The notes beneath the pieces are model-generated. The model did not search any database. It had not been told where the DNA came from and saw only the letters and a program-made list of their open reading frames with translations. The translations under genes and the position numbers were made by a program. This document shows, in pieces, positions 31,433-41,831 of a stretch of 64,000 nt of DNA. Positions within the stretch are counted from its first letter, which is position 1. Each line of letters starts with the position of its first letter. Origin of the DNA: Sulfuricurvum sp. (GTDB lineage: Bacteria; Campylobacterota; Campylobacteria; Campylobacterales; Sulfurimonadaceae); NCBI GenBank assembly GCA_036821965.1, contig DAISIO010000001.1, positions 195,489 to 259,488 of the forward strand, read 5' to 3'.

Positions 31433-33762
31433 TCGTTACAAAAAATTGGTTAAATGAATGGATTGATCTTAGTGCCGTGAGCACAGAGCAACTGTTAAAG
31501 ACGTTTAATGCTATCGGATTGGAAGTGGATCGTCATGATGTGATGTCTGTTCCCGCCGGTGTTGTCATCGGATTTGTGGAGAGTTGTGAAAAACATCCTG
31601 ATGCCGATAAGCTCAATGTGTGTCAGGTGAATGTTGGGACGGATGTTCGCCAAATCGTCTGCGGTGCGTCGAATGTTCGTTCTGGAATCTATGTCGCGGT
31701 TGCCACAGTGGGGGCAGAGCTTCCGGGTGGATTAAAAATAAAAGAAGCCAAGCTGCGCGGATTCGATTCACACGGAATGATCTGTTCCTCCAAAGAGATT
31801 GGACTGCCGGCGATGGGAGAGGGAATTATGATTCTCGATTCCAGTATCGGTGTTCTCGAAACGGGCAAAGAGCTGAGTGAATATCCTGTTTTTAATGACG
31901 ATATCATAGAGATTGAGCTTACGGCAAATCGCGGCGACTGCTTGAGCGTTCATGGGATAGCACGTGACCTAAGTGCGGCATTTAACAAAGAGCTACGAGA
32001 AAATACACAAAAAGTGGAACAAGAGGGACGACTGGGAATAGGGCGTATTTTACAGCTGCAGCATTCAGAGACGTATGATGTAGAGCTTTTGTTCGGTGCT
32101 GTGGAGATCAAAGAGCTGAGTCTCCCTTTTCTGGTAGCGTTGCGTATGGCGATATTAGAAGAGAGTACTCTATCGGTTATGGATACATTGCTTAAATATA
32201 CAACGCACAGCACGGGCGTTGTGTTGCGTGCCTACCCATATGATGTACTGGAAGAGACAGGAAACGGAAAATCTGTTATTACCCTCTCTAATGATGAAAA
32301 CGGGTATGCTGCATTGTATGGTAAAGAGAAACTTTCTGTTGTGGGTGTCTCTCAGCGGGAGGAAGGACGATTTTCAGCCCGTTCTGGCCTTGCAATCATC
32401 GAAGCGAGCTACATTCCCCCTGAAATTATTGCCAAAAAAATGGGTGAAACAAAAGTTGAAAGTTGTCCCCACTATTACCATGCCTCTCGCGGCAGTGAGC
32501 CCCAATTGGATATGGGTATCCGTTATGTGATGGGATTGTTTGAAAAATATACCCAGTCAGCAATTTACGGAGGGCATCTAGAACTTCAATCCCCGCGTGA
32601 AACGCGTGTAGTTACAATGGATGAAGGAGAATTTGAATCGTTTATTGGTATAAACATTGATAAAACGACATTGACACAGATTTTAAAAAATCTAGGGATG
32701 GGGATTAGCAAACCCAAAACATCAACCTTTGTTATTTCTGTTCCCCCCTTTCGCCATGATATACTCAACAAGCAAGATATTATCGAAGAGATTGTCCGTA
32801 TGGTCGGTATCGATAATATCCCCTCTAAGCCTTTGGTTTTTGCCGAAAATAATCAAAATACGGACGATTTACAGACGTATCGAAAAATTCGAACGTTTCG
32901 TCAACGCAGTGCGCAAAGCGGATTTTTTGAGAGTGTCCATTTTGTTTTTAATGAGCGTGCCTTGTGTGAACGTTTTGGATTTATATGTACACAAGAAGAC
33001 AAAGAGCTCCTTAACCCGATTACGGCAACCTTTGATACGTTGCGTCCAACCTTAATGCTCGGATTACTGAATTCGGCAAGTGCAAATGTAAAGGTAAACC
33101 AAAAAAAGATTGCACTGTTTGAGAGTGGAATGGTATTTGATCCTACGCGCGCGGAGAGTAAACGATTGGCGTTTATTATATCCGGTGCCTCTATGGGTGA
33201 AAAACTCTCCAATGCGGGGAAAGCCCCTCTCATAGATTTGGGAACGTTTGCCCAAAGAGTTTCCGATGTCGTTGGTTCTTTTGAGATGTCTGCTTATACC
33301 CCTACCCATACGTTAGCACACCCTTATATGTGTGCAAAAGTGATGATAGCGGGGCTAGAAGCAGGGGAACTTTTCCGTCTACACCCGAGTATCGAAGCAG
33401 AATTTGATCTTTCAGCGACCTATATGTGTGAGCTGGAAGTGGATTCTCTCCCCTACGGCCTGATTCAAGCGCAACCCTTTTCAAAATTCCAAGCCTCTTT
33501 TAGAGATTTAAGCGTACTGATCCCCAAAACATTGAGCTACGAGACGATCAAAGCCGTTATCACGCAGCATGCCGGCGCGGATATACAACGTTTTTATCCT
33601 GTTGATCGTTATACGTCAGAATCATTAGGGGAAAATGTGAGTCTCAGTATCCGTTTTGTAGTGCAATCCCTAGAGAAAACGCTGGAAGAAGAGGATATTA
33701 CCGCAGCAATGGAGCAGATTTTAACAGCTCTTCGAGAAGAGTTAGGGGTAAATTTGCGATGA
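31429..33762 (+). CDS. pheT: Phenylalanine--tRNA ligase beta subunit
   Basis: 777 aa with an N-terminal tRNA-binding domain ('[15 protein letters not shown]') followed by B3/4, B5 and FDX-ACB regions. Overlaps pheS. Confidence 0.93.
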   Translation: MIVTKNWLNEWIDLSAVSTEQLLKTFNAIGLEVDRHDVMSVPAGVVIGFVESCEKHPDADKLNVCQVNVGTDVRQIVCGASNVRSGIYVAVATVGAELPGGLKIKEAKLRGFDSHGMICSSKEIGLPAMGEGIMILDSSIGVLETGKELSEYPVFNDDIIEIELTANRGDCLSVHGIARDLSAAFNKELRENTQKVEQEGRLGIGRILQLQHSETYDVELLFGAVEIKELSLPFLVALRMAILEESTLSVMDTLLKYTTHSTGVVLRAYPYDVLEETGNGKSVITLSNDENGYAALYGKEKLSVVGVSQREEGRFSARSGLAIIEASYIPPEIIAKKMGETKVESCPHYYHASRGSEPQLDMGIRYVMGLFEKYTQSAIYGGHLELQSPRETRVVTMDEGEFESFIGINIDKTTLTQILKNLGMGISKPKTSTFVISVPPFRHDILNKQDIIEEIVRMVGIDNIPSKPLVFAENNQNTDDLQTYRKIRTFRQRSAQSGFFESVHFVFNERALCERFGFICTQEDKELLNPITATFDTLRPTLMLGLLNSASANVKVNQKKIALFESGMVFDPTRAESKRLAFIISGASMGEKLSNAGKAPLIDLGTFAQRVSDVVGSFEMSAYTPTHTLAHPYMCAKVMIAGLEAGELFRLHPSIEAEFDLSATYMCELEVDSLPYGLIQAQPFSKFQASFRDLSVLIPKTLSYETIKAVITQHAGADIQRFYPVDRYTSESLGENVSLSIRFVVQSLEKTLEEEDITAAMEQILTALREELGVNLR

Positions 33763-35036
33763 TGCGGGCCACTGTCTATCCTGCATATCCTTTTGCGTTT
33801 AAAAGCGATGCAATCGCGCCGGATAAATCCATTTCGCATCGTTGTGCTATGTTTGCCCTTTTGGCAGAGGGTGAAAGTCACATAGAGAATTTTCTCCGAG
33901 CCGAAGACACTCTTAATACCCTTGAAATTGTACGAGCTTTAGGGGCAGATATTAGAGACGACGGGGTGATTATTACTATCAAATCGAATGGTATACAAGA
34001 GCCGGTCGAGATTTTGGATTGCGGTAATTCAGGGACAGGGATGCGCCTTTTTTGCGGACTTCTCTCTTCGGCAGAGGGGCATTTCGTTCTTACTGGAGAT
34101 GAGTATCTCAAGCGTCGCCCTATGAAGCGGGTGACACAGCCTCTGCGTGATATAGGTGCACAACTTGATGGTCGTCATAACGGTGATCTAGCCCCTCTTT
34201 GTATTCGCGGAGCCTCTCTAAAGGCGTTTAATTACCACTCTCTTATCGCGTCCGCGCAGGTGAAAAGTGCGATGATACTCGCAGCGCTACGCTCTGATGG
34301 TGTCTGTACTTTTACAGAACCGGAACTCAGCCGCGATCATACCGAGCGGATGCTGCTGGGTATGGGTGCCCATATTGAAGTGGATGGTTTAACAACAAAT
34401 ATTTGGCCACTAAAAGGAGCGTTGTCTCCTTTGAATATTCGCGTCCCTGCTGATCCTTCCAGTGCCTTTTTCTTTGCCGTTGCGGCGGCGATCACCCCTG
34501 ATTCCAGTGTGGTGATTGAGGGGGTAACCCTCAACCCTACCCGTATCGAAGCGTTTAAAGTCTTGGAGAGGATGGGTGCAAATATTACCTACACGTTGAC
34601 CAGTGAAAAATACGAACCCATTGGGAACATCACCGTGAAATATGCTCCTTTAAAAGCGGTTACTGTGGAAGAAAATATCTCATGGTTGATCGATGAACTT
34701 CCCGCCCTCTCCATTGCGATGGCATGTGCCTCAGGGAAAAGTATCATCAAAAATGCCGAAGAGTTGCGGGTAAAAGAGTCCGATCGGATTAAAACCGTGG
34801 TGGATAATTTGAATCTTTGCGGTATAGAAACACAAGAGTATCCCGATGGTTATTCGGTGACGGGTGGAATATTGAAAAAAGCCGTTGTTAACAGCTACGG
34901 CGACCACCGTATCGCGATGAGTTTTTTGATAGCAGGGTTACGATGCGGGATGGTAGTAGAAGATATTGCGTGCATCAACACCTCATTTCCCAATTTTTTT
35001 GATTTATTAAATCAGTGTACCAAGGTCGAACGATGA
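33759..35036 (+). CDS. aroA: 3-phosphoshikimate 1-carboxyvinyltransferase (EPSP synthase)
   Basis: 'PDKSISHR', '[12 protein letters not shown]', 'LKRRPM' and '[10 protein letters not shown]'. Confidence 0.92.
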   Translation: MMRATVYPAYPFAFKSDAIAPDKSISHRCAMFALLAEGESHIENFLRAEDTLNTLEIVRALGADIRDDGVIITIKSNGIQEPVEILDCGNSGTGMRLFCGLLSSAEGHFVLTGDEYLKRRPMKRVTQPLRDIGAQLDGRHNGDLAPLCIRGASLKAFNYHSLIASAQVKSAMILAALRSDGVCTFTEPELSRDHTERMLLGMGAHIEVDGLTTNIWPLKGALSPLNIRVPADPSSAFFFAVAAAITPDSSVVIEGVTLNPTRIEAFKVLERMGANITYTLTSEKYEPIGNITVKYAPLKAVTVEENISWLIDELPALSIAMACASGKSIIKNAEELRVKESDRIKTVVDNLNLCGIETQEYPDGYSVTGGILKKAVVNSYGDHRIAMSFLIAGLRCGMVVEDIACINTSFPNFFDLLNQCTKVER

Positions 35037-35857
35037 AAATAGAGCTAGCAGAGAGTTACGGTTTTTGTTTTGGTGTCAAGCGGGCCATCAAAATAGCGGA
35101 AGAGAATAAAAATTCGGCTACCTATGGACCGTTGATCCATAATGCAAATGAAATTGAACGCCTTAAACGGGATTTTAATGTCGCATTGAGTGAAAATCTG
35201 GACAGTTTTAAATCGGGGGACACAGCGGTTATCCGAACCCATGGTATTCCCAAGGATGAGTTAGCATTGTTGCATAAACGCAATGTGGATGTTATCGATG
35301 CAACCTGTCCCTATGTCACTAAACCGCAGCAAATTTGCGAAGAGATGTCCGAGCAAGGGTACGATATCCTTATTTTTGGCGATGAAGCGCATCCCGAGAT
35401 CAAAGGGGTGAAGAGTTATGTGACCGGAAAAGCATACGTCGTCAATTCGCCCGAAGAGATAGATGCCCTTACTTTACGGGATAAGGTAGCCGTTGTGGCA
35501 CAAACGACACGCCGCATAGAGGATTACCAGAAAATTGTCGGAAAACTGATGATGTCGCACAAAGAGGTGCGTGTTTTTAACACCATTTGTAACGCTACGC
35601 TTGACAACCAAGAAGCCGTTCATAAGATTGCCAAGAAAGCCGATGTGATGATCGTCATCGGTGGCAAAAATTCTTCCAACACGAAACAGCTTCATTCAAT
35701 TGCATTGGATGAGTGTCCCAGCAGCTATCATATTGAAAGCGCAGAGGATTTACAGCCTGAATGGTTCGTTGGTAAAAAGTTTTGCGGTATCAGCGCCGGT
35801 GCCTCGACACCTGATTGGATTATTCAGGCTGTTATGGAGCATATACGTCTTTTGTAA
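35033..35857 (+). CDS. ispH: 4-hydroxy-3-methylbut-2-enyl diphosphate reductase
   Basis: '[11 protein letters not shown]', 'DATCPYVTK' and 'NTICNAT' supply the three cluster cysteines. ATGA overlap with aroA. Confidence 0.9.
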   Translation: MKIELAESYGFCFGVKRAIKIAEENKNSATYGPLIHNANEIERLKRDFNVALSENLDSFKSGDTAVIRTHGIPKDELALLHKRNVDVIDATCPYVTKPQQICEEMSEQGYDILIFGDEAHPEIKGVKSYVTGKAYVVNSPEEIDALTLRDKVAVVAQTTRRIEDYQKIVGKLMMSHKEVRVFNTICNATLDNQEAVHKIAKKADVMIVIGGKNSSNTKQLHSIALDECPSSYHIESAEDLQPEWFVGKKFCGISAGASTPDWIIQAVMEHIRLL

Positions 35858-35899
35858 TCTATAAGCCATTTATGAGTAATTTTTTATTATAATTCTGTT

Positions 35900-36586
35900 A
35901 TGAAAAAAGAATCCATGCATATCGCTATTATTATGGACGGCAATGGCAGGTGGGCACAGCAGCACAAGCAAAACCGATCGTCCGGGCATGAAGCGGGAGC
36001 GGAAAAAGTTCGTGAAATAACCCGTTTTTGTTCTGACAGAGGGGTGGGATATCTTACACTTTATGCCTTTAGTACAGAAAACTGGAAACGTCCTGCCTTG
36101 GAAGTTGCTTTTTTGATGAAGCTTATGGTGAAATATTTAAAAAATGAACTACCGATTTTTCTGGAAAACAATATCCGTTTTGACACCATCGGTGATTTAT
36201 CCCTCTTTTCCTCCGCTTTAAAAAAACAAATCAAAATAACCAAAGAGTTGACAGCCAAACACACAGGTTTAACGCAGGTGCTTGCGCTAAATTATGGAGC
36301 ACATGATGAGATTGCGCGCGCTGTGAAGCAACTTTTAGAAGACAATGCCGTCCCAACACCGGAAACAATAGAATCTTATTTGGATACGGCACGTTTTAGC
36401 AAAGTGGATATGATTATTCGTACAGGCGGTGACACACGCCTCTCAAACTTTTTGTTATGGCAGGCTGCGTATGCTGAACTCTTTTTTACACCGACGTTAT
36501 GGCCCGATTTTTCGACAGGAGAGCTGGAGGGGATGTTGGATGATTTTTCGAAACGTGAACGCCGTTTCGGTGGGTTACATACGTAG
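35900..36586 (+). CDS. uppS: Undecaprenyl diphosphate synthase
   Basis: 'HIAIIMDGNGRWA', 'LTLYAFSTENWKRP' and 'RTGGDTRLSNFLLWQAAYAELFF'. Confidence 0.92.
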   Translation: MKKESMHIAIIMDGNGRWAQQHKQNRSSGHEAGAEKVREITRFCSDRGVGYLTLYAFSTENWKRPALEVAFLMKLMVKYLKNELPIFLENNIRFDTIGDLSLFSSALKKQIKITKELTAKHTGLTQVLALNYGAHDEIARAVKQLLEDNAVPTPETIESYLDTARFSKVDMIIRTGGDTRLSNFLLWQAAYAELFFTPTLWPDFSTGELEGMLDDFSKRERRFGGLHT

Positions 36587-36589
36587 AGT

Positions 36590-37183
36590 ATGAAAATTAT
36601 CGCCTTTTTGCTGTATGCTTTTTCCCTCTTTGCAGGTACGTATGATGTTTTCTTTGAAAAAGCAGGTGCCGATTTTGGGATCGAGGCATCCTTATTAAAA
36701 CGGATAGCAACCATCGAAAGTTCTCTTAACCCGCACGCAATCAATCAAAACAAAAACGGTACGGTCGATATAGGGTTGATGCAAATTAATTCGATGCACC
36801 TTAAACGACTGGCAAAAGTAGGGGTGACGCGTCAATCGCTCCTTGATCCAGAGGTAAATGTCTACGTTGCAGCACTGCTTCTCAGCTCTCATATACGTAA
36901 ACGGGGGTATAATCTTGAAGCAATCGGGTGTTATCATTCCGCTAATCCGGTGTTCAAAAACCAATGGTTACGACGTTTGGCAATGGTAAATGTACCAAAA
37001 ACTTCTGTGGCTATGTCTCAAGCGGATACATCATCATCGATCAGTAATGATCCTCGTAGCCGTTTTGTACAGCAACAGCTCGCTATCAAAACAGATCAAA
37101 AGATTGCACAAGGGTTGAACCCAAAGCAAGCGTTACGTGAAGCCAAGGCAGATGTGGATCGCTTAATGGGATACGGGTCTTAA
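36590..37183 (+). CDS. Secreted lytic transglycosylase (SLT domain)
   Basis: Signal peptide. 'IATIESSLNPHAINQNKNGTVDIGLMQIN' has the catalytic Glu-Ser and the GLMQ motif. Confidence 0.75.
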   Translation: MKIIAFLLYAFSLFAGTYDVFFEKAGADFGIEASLLKRIATIESSLNPHAINQNKNGTVDIGLMQINSMHLKRLAKVGVTRQSLLDPEVNVYVAALLLSSHIRKRGYNLEAIGCYHSANPVFKNQWLRRLAMVNVPKTSVAMSQADTSSSISNDPRSRFVQQQLAIKTDQKIAQGLNPKQALREAKADVDRLMGYGS

Positions 37184-37206
37184 AATTTCAACAAAAAGAG
37201 AGTCTA

Positions 37207-39993
37207 ATGAGAGTTAAAAAAAATCTATGGTATGCCGTAATGGTTGCTATGTTTTTCATAGGTGCCAATGTTGTTGCAGATAATGCGGCTATTATTGGGG
37301 CGATTAAGGCCAATCCTGCATTGCTGGATTCTCCTCAAGCGCAAGCAGCAATGTCACAAAAGGGTGTTACCGCTAGTGATGTTCTTCAAAAAGTCAATCA
37401 ACAATCAAAAACAGCATCAAGTGCATCCAAAACGAGTATCGAGAATATTCCGACGAATACTATAGATACCAATGGTACGGATAATGATGAGACGAATGCA
37501 ACATTGCCTGTCGTAGATGAAAATATGGCTACGCAAATGTATTATTCGCCACTCACGGTAAAAAGTATAAATGATTATGCTAAAGATCTTTTTTCTCGTC
37601 AGATTAAAGCGGAAAAAACCGTTCTTAAACGCTACGGTTTTGAGTTTTTCTCCAACAAAAATGGGATGGACCTCTCCTCATTGCCTGTTCCCGAGAGTTA
37701 CAGACTTGTCCCAAAAGATGTTTTATCGGTTATTTTGTACGGACCAAAAAGTGATAATATGTCTCTTACGATAGACAAAGAGGGGAATGTTATTATCCCA
37801 TCTTTCGGACCTCTTCATATAGCAGGTTTGAGTTTCGGTGAAGCTAAAAAAACAATTACCGAAGCGCTGATGGCAGCTTTTCCAAATGTTGGCGTGACCG
37901 TTAATGTCACAGAGTTCTCAACCATACAAGTGACCCTGGCAGGCGAAGTTGCTACACCGGGTATATACAACGTCAGCTCTTTTTCGACGGTAAAAGAAGC
38001 GCTTATTTCGGCGGGCGGATTAACGAAAAATGGGTCAATGCGTACGGTGTTTATCAAGCGTGGCGGTAGAGTTTTTAAAACGATTGATTTATACTCTATT
38101 ATCCGTGGTACTGGTCGCAGTGATCCGTTGTTGCAAGCGGGCGACATTGTGGTAGTACCTGTAATGGGCAAAAGTGTTATTATTGATGGTAACGTCAAGC
38201 GTCCTGCTATTTATGAGGCAAAAGAGAAAACAACCATCGCGGATCTCATAGCGTATGCAGGTGGATTGCAAGCGGATGCAAGCAAAAATGATATACAAGT
38301 CACCCGTTATGAAAAACATACACAGCTCAAAGTCATGAGTATTTCAATGGCACAAACAGCGCACACGATTGCGATGGATCAAGACAGCGTCTACGTCAAT
38401 GGACTGGATAAGAGCAACTTGCGAGGGGTAACACTTTATGGAAACATTGTAAAACCGGGCTTTTGGCCTCTTTCCAAAGAGGGGATCAGCGTTCGAGAGT
38501 TTTTCAAAAACGAGATCGGTCGCAGTACGTTACGAGGAGTTTTTCTAGAAGATACCTATTTTGATTATGCGATTATCAAACGGATCAAATCCAATCTAAA
38601 AGAAGAAATTATCGGTTTTTCATTGGCAAAAGTGCTTAATGGAGAAGAAAAGGTAACACTGCATAATCGTGACCAGCTTTTTATTTTAAATCGTTTTGCT
38701 GTAAAACAGCCTTCTGTCGTAAAAATTTCAGGAGAGTGTATCGCCCGTCCGGGAGAATATCGATTTTTTGATAAGATGACGTTTGAAGCATTGCTAAGTA
38801 CCGCTGGGACAATCTGTCCTATCGACCGCAGTAAAGTGACGATTGTCTCTACAAATCCAACTGAAATGACAACAAAAGTACGTGTTGTCAACACTATGCA
38901 AGAAAAATCGGTTGCATTGCAAGAACGGGATGATATACAAACAATAGGCTTTTTTACCACTAATCCTATCCAAAAAGCCAGTGTGACCGGAGAGGTGTAT
39001 ATGCCGGGGGCTTATCAGATCTCAGAATCAACAACCCTAAAAGATATTATTCTAGCAGCAGGGGGAATGACAGACAAAGCCAGCATGGATAAAATCGAAG
39101 TCGTTCACTATGATGTGATAAACGGTGTTCGTGTCAGAAAAGTAGACAATGTAAACCCGGCAGATGCAATGTCGGCAGATGCTCCTCGCGTATCGCCCTA
39201 CGATGAGATCACCATTTTCAAAATACCAAAATGGAATGAGCGTAAATCGGTCAAGATTATGGGAAAAGTCAAATATCCGGGAGAGTATGCAGTAGAGGAT
39301 GGAGACCATTTATCCGATTTGATTCAACGTGCAGGCGGCTTTACCGATACAGCCTATACCAAAGCCGCCGTCTTTACACGTGAAGAGCTCAAAAAACGAC
39401 AACACGCAGGGGCAATGAGACAGATCAAAGACATCGAAGATAGGATGCTTTTTGCGGCATCACAGCCAACACAGGCAGGTCAAACGCAAGCCGATAAAAT
39501 GCAAATGGTGAGCATGATAAGCCAACTTAAAGAGGATGTTGAAAAAACCGTATTTGCGGGACGTTTGGCTATTTTTCTTGAGAGTGATCTACAAAAATTC
39601 AGAGGAAGCAGTTCCGATGTGACGCTCAAAGATGGCGATGCTTTGTATGTTCCCGAAAAAGAAGACAGTGTTATCGTCCAAGGAGAAGTGCTCAATCCTA
39701 ATGCCACAATTTACAAGGCATCTTATTGCGTAGATGACTATCTAAATGCTTCAGGCGGAGTCAAGGATAGTGCAGATGAGGGCAACATCTTTGTTGTTCA
39801 TGCTAACGGGGAAGCAGAGCCATACAAACATGGTTTCTTTAGCGCTGATGCGTCCGTTGGACCGGGTGATACGATTATCGTTCCTATGGAAATAAATACG
39901 ATCAGCGGTATACAACTTGCCAAAGATATTACCTCTATCTTGTACCAAATGGCGGTTTCGGTAGCGGCATTACACACAGTTGGAGCACTGTAA
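37207..39993 (+). CDS. Outer-membrane polysaccharide export protein, Wza/KpsD family, with multiple SLBB repeats
   Basis: 928 aa. Signal peptide without a lipobox Cys, a Poly_export-like region ('IDKEGNVIIPSFGPLHIAGLSF'), then about seven 'G.V..PG.Y...........AGG' SLBB-like repeats and a hydrophobic C-terminal helix. Confidence 0.8.
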   Translation: MRVKKNLWYAVMVAMFFIGANVVADNAAIIGAIKANPALLDSPQAQAAMSQKGVTASDVLQKVNQQSKTASSASKTSIENIPTNTIDTNGTDNDETNATLPVVDENMATQMYYSPLTVKSINDYAKDLFSRQIKAEKTVLKRYGFEFFSNKNGMDLSSLPVPESYRLVPKDVLSVILYGPKSDNMSLTIDKEGNVIIPSFGPLHIAGLSFGEAKKTITEALMAAFPNVGVTVNVTEFSTIQVTLAGEVATPGIYNVSSFSTVKEALISAGGLTKNGSMRTVFIKRGGRVFKTIDLYSIIRGTGRSDPLLQAGDIVVVPVMGKSVIIDGNVKRPAIYEAKEKTTIADLIAYAGGLQADASKNDIQVTRYEKHTQLKVMSISMAQTAHTIAMDQDSVYVNGLDKSNLRGVTLYGNIVKPGFWPLSKEGISVREFFKNEIGRSTLRGVFLEDTYFDYAIIKRIKSNLKEEIIGFSLAKVLNGEEKVTLHNRDQLFILNRFAVKQPSVVKISGECIARPGEYRFFDKMTFEALLSTAGTICPIDRSKVTIVSTNPTEMTTKVRVVNTMQEKSVALQERDDIQTIGFFTTNPIQKASVTGEVYMPGAYQISESTTLKDIILAAGGMTDKASMDKIEVVHYDVINGVRVRKVDNVNPADAMSADAPRVSPYDEITIFKIPKWNERKSVKIMGKVKYPGEYAVEDGDHLSDLIQRAGGFTDTAYTKAAVFTREELKKRQHAGAMRQIKDIEDRMLFAASQPTQAGQTQADKMQMVSMISQLKEDVEKTVFAGRLAIFLESDLQKFRGSSSDVTLKDGDALYVPEKEDSVIVQGEVLNPNATIYKASYCVDDYLNASGGVKDSADEGNIFVVHANGEAEPYKHGFFSADASVGPGDTIIVPMEINTISGIQLAKDITSILYQMAVSVAALHTVGAL

Positions 39994-40958
39994 TGGAACA
40001 CTCCAATCAAGCTCCTGTGATGGTTGAAGACGACGAGATTGATTTGCGCGAACTGGCACGGACAATCGGTAAACATAAAATAAAGCTCATAGCCTTTACC
40101 CTCATCGTTACGGCGCTCAGCGCGGCATGGACCCTTACTAAACCGAATATTTATCATTCGCAAGCAGTCCTGGTTCCGCAGGGGGAAGCGGGCAAATCAT
40201 CGATGGGAGGGCTGGGTGCATTGGCAGGTCTTGCAGGTGTTGACATTGGCGGATCAAGTGAGATGATGCCCGATCAAGCGTATCAACTCTATCTCGATGA
40301 TTACAGCTGGATGCGTAAGTTTCTTTTGGATACGAAACTTTTTGAAAAAATGAATGATGTCGATGCCGATAAAAATTACAGTTTTGCATTGGGTATCGAT
40401 ACTCTCTACCGTCTTAAAAAAGGGTCCAAGGAAGAGGAGATAAAAACTCCGGAAGATACAGAGAAAGAACTTTTTGAAACGTATCAAAAAGTAAAAGGAC
40501 AGCTCTCTATCGCCAGCGACAAAAAAACCTTGGCGATTACAATAGGCTACAGTGATCCCGATGCTGCCTTGGCGAAGAGTGTGGTGGATGCATTTTTGAT
40601 CTATGCATCGACCTCACTGCGCACCAACGAACTCTCCGATATGGAGAAAAAAATTGCGTATTACAACAATGAGCTTACCCAAACCAATGATCTTACCCTC
40701 AAAACACAGCTGAGTCAACTGATGTCGGCATTGATCCAAAAAAAGGTATTGGCGCAATCCAGCGACTATTACAATGTAAAAGTAGTCACTCAGCCAAGCG
40801 TCGCCTACGAGCGTGACAAAGAGGGGCCAAAACGGGGGCTTATTGTGGCAGTATCGTTTGTAACCTCGTTTATCCTTGGCATTTTCGGCATTTTTCTATT
40901 GGAATTTATCCGCACCAAAAAAGAGGATGAAATTGGAGAGGAAAACCAGAGGGGATGA
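39993..40958 (+). CDS. wzz: Chain-length determinant (Wzz / PCP family), no kinase domain
   Basis: 321 aa with an N-terminal TM 'LIAFTLIVTALSAAWTL', a periplasmic coiled-coil region and a C-terminal TM 'LIVAVSFVTSFILGIFGIFLLEF'. No Walker motifs. Confidence 0.7.
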   Translation: MEHSNQAPVMVEDDEIDLRELARTIGKHKIKLIAFTLIVTALSAAWTLTKPNIYHSQAVLVPQGEAGKSSMGGLGALAGLAGVDIGGSSEMMPDQAYQLYLDDYSWMRKFLLDTKLFEKMNDVDADKNYSFALGIDTLYRLKKGSKEEEIKTPEDTEKELFETYQKVKGQLSIASDKKTLAITIGYSDPDAALAKSVVDAFLIYASTSLRTNELSDMEKKIAYYNNELTQTNDLTLKTQLSQLMSALIQKKVLAQSSDYYNVKVVTQPSVAYERDKEGPKRGLIVAVSFVTSFILGIFGIFLLEFIRTKKEDEIGEENQRG

Positions 40959-40962
40959 AACA

Positions 40963-41247
40963 ATGAGACTTGCCCAAGAACAGATTGATGTATTGAAAAA
41001 TAAATTGAAGACCTTTTCTTTAGACGCAAAAATTTATCTTTTTGGAAGCAGAACAGATGATACCAAAAGGGGTGGGGATATTGATCTGCTTATTCTGAGC
41101 AATGAAGTAACCAAAAAAGATTTGCGGGTTTTGAGAGTAGAGTTTTTCAAACATTTTGGAGAGCAAAAACTTGATATTGTTCTCGATAACGGAGAATTTA
41201 AAACTCCTTTTACTAAACATATTTTTCAAAAGGCGGTTTTATTATGA
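40963..41247 (+). CDS. Minimal nucleotidyltransferase (MNT-type, putative antitoxin)
   Basis: 94 aa from the ATG at 40963, preceded by RBS 'agagggga'. NTase motif 'LFGSRTDDTKRGGDIDLLI' (G-S...D-x-D). Confidence 0.75.
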   Translation: MRLAQEQIDVLKNKLKTFSLDAKIYLFGSRTDDTKRGGDIDLLILSNEVTKKDLRVLRVEFFKHFGEQKLDIVLDNGEFKTPFTKHIFQKAVLL

Positions 41248-41690
41248 TGCTTGAAAAACTTTTACAAGATAAAGTTTTACTCCAAAAACAACTCTTTTGG
41301 ATAAGAATCTCTTTTGATGAATGTTCAAAAATAGGGATAAAAAAAGAGTATAGCATCGAAGAATTTGGAAAGTTTGAGACGCTGTGCAGTAGATATAGCC
41401 GAGGTATAGATTTTTTAATCCGAAAGATTTTTAGAACTCTCGATGAATATGAGTTTGAAAATCAAGGAACACTTGTTGATGTTGTCAATAATGCTCACAA
41501 AAGAGGATTGTTCGAAGATATAGAAGAGCTTAGGATTATGAAAGATGTACGAAATACGATAGCTCACGAATACATTGAAGATGATTTGGTTGAAGTCTTT
41601 GATGAAGTGTTTCAATACTGTGAAAAATTAATTACAATTATTGAAACAACTTTGATGTACATAGAAAAAATCAGTAATGACGAGCTATAA
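41244..41690 (+). CDS. HEPN-superfamily protein, HI0074/NTase-substrate-binding type (putative toxin partner of the MNT)
   Basis: 148 aa. ATGA overlap with the MNT gene. R-x4-H-x-Y motif 'RNTIAHEY'. Confidence 0.7.
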   Translation: MMLEKLLQDKVLLQKQLFWIRISFDECSKIGIKKEYSIEEFGKFETLCSRYSRGIDFLIRKIFRTLDEYEFENQGTLVDVVNNAHKRGLFEDIEELRIMKDVRNTIAHEYIEDDLVEVFDEVFQYCEKLITIIETTLMYIEKISNDEL

Positions 41691-41703
41691 ACTACCTTTT
41701 ATA

Positions 41704-41757
41704 TTTATAGACTAATACAAAGCAAGAAAACGATAAAATTTCGCAAATAAATGAAAT
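41704..41757 (+). repeat. Intergenic direct repeat A (upstream of rfbA)
   Basis: 'tttatag...aatacaaagcaagaaaacgataaaatttcgcaaataaatga'. Its 42-nt core (41714-41755) matches 45764-45805 at 36 of 42 positions, ungapped. Confidence 0.75.
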
Positions 41758-41831
41758 ATCTCTTAACCCAACTATGGGTTGAACAAAAAAAACAGAGCAA
41801 CAATTGAACTCTATGAAAAGGAAAAGAAACA

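Noticed and set aside
38062-38069. An exact 'ggcggtag' (the ops / JUMPstart core recognised by RfaH) on the plus strand.
   Set aside because: It lies about 855 nt inside the Wza-like coding sequence rather than in an operon leader. One chance occurrence of an 8-mer is expected in a window of this size. I have no evidence for an RfaH homologue here.
40876-40962. Upstream extensions of track ORFs (40876, 43197, 60848, 61977, 30414, 35015, 16557, 4709, 47954, 52413).
   Set aside because: The extensions overlap the preceding gene or lack an RBS. Conserved family N-termini and good RBS or ATGA/TTGA coupling support the internal starts given in the feature list.
41765-41780. The hairpin aaccca-acta-tgggtt followed by an A-run in the rfbA leader.
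   Set aside because: On the plus strand no U-tract follows. The orientation would suit a minus-strand terminator, but there are no minus-strand genes nearby. Its function is unknown and the evidence is too weak to call.
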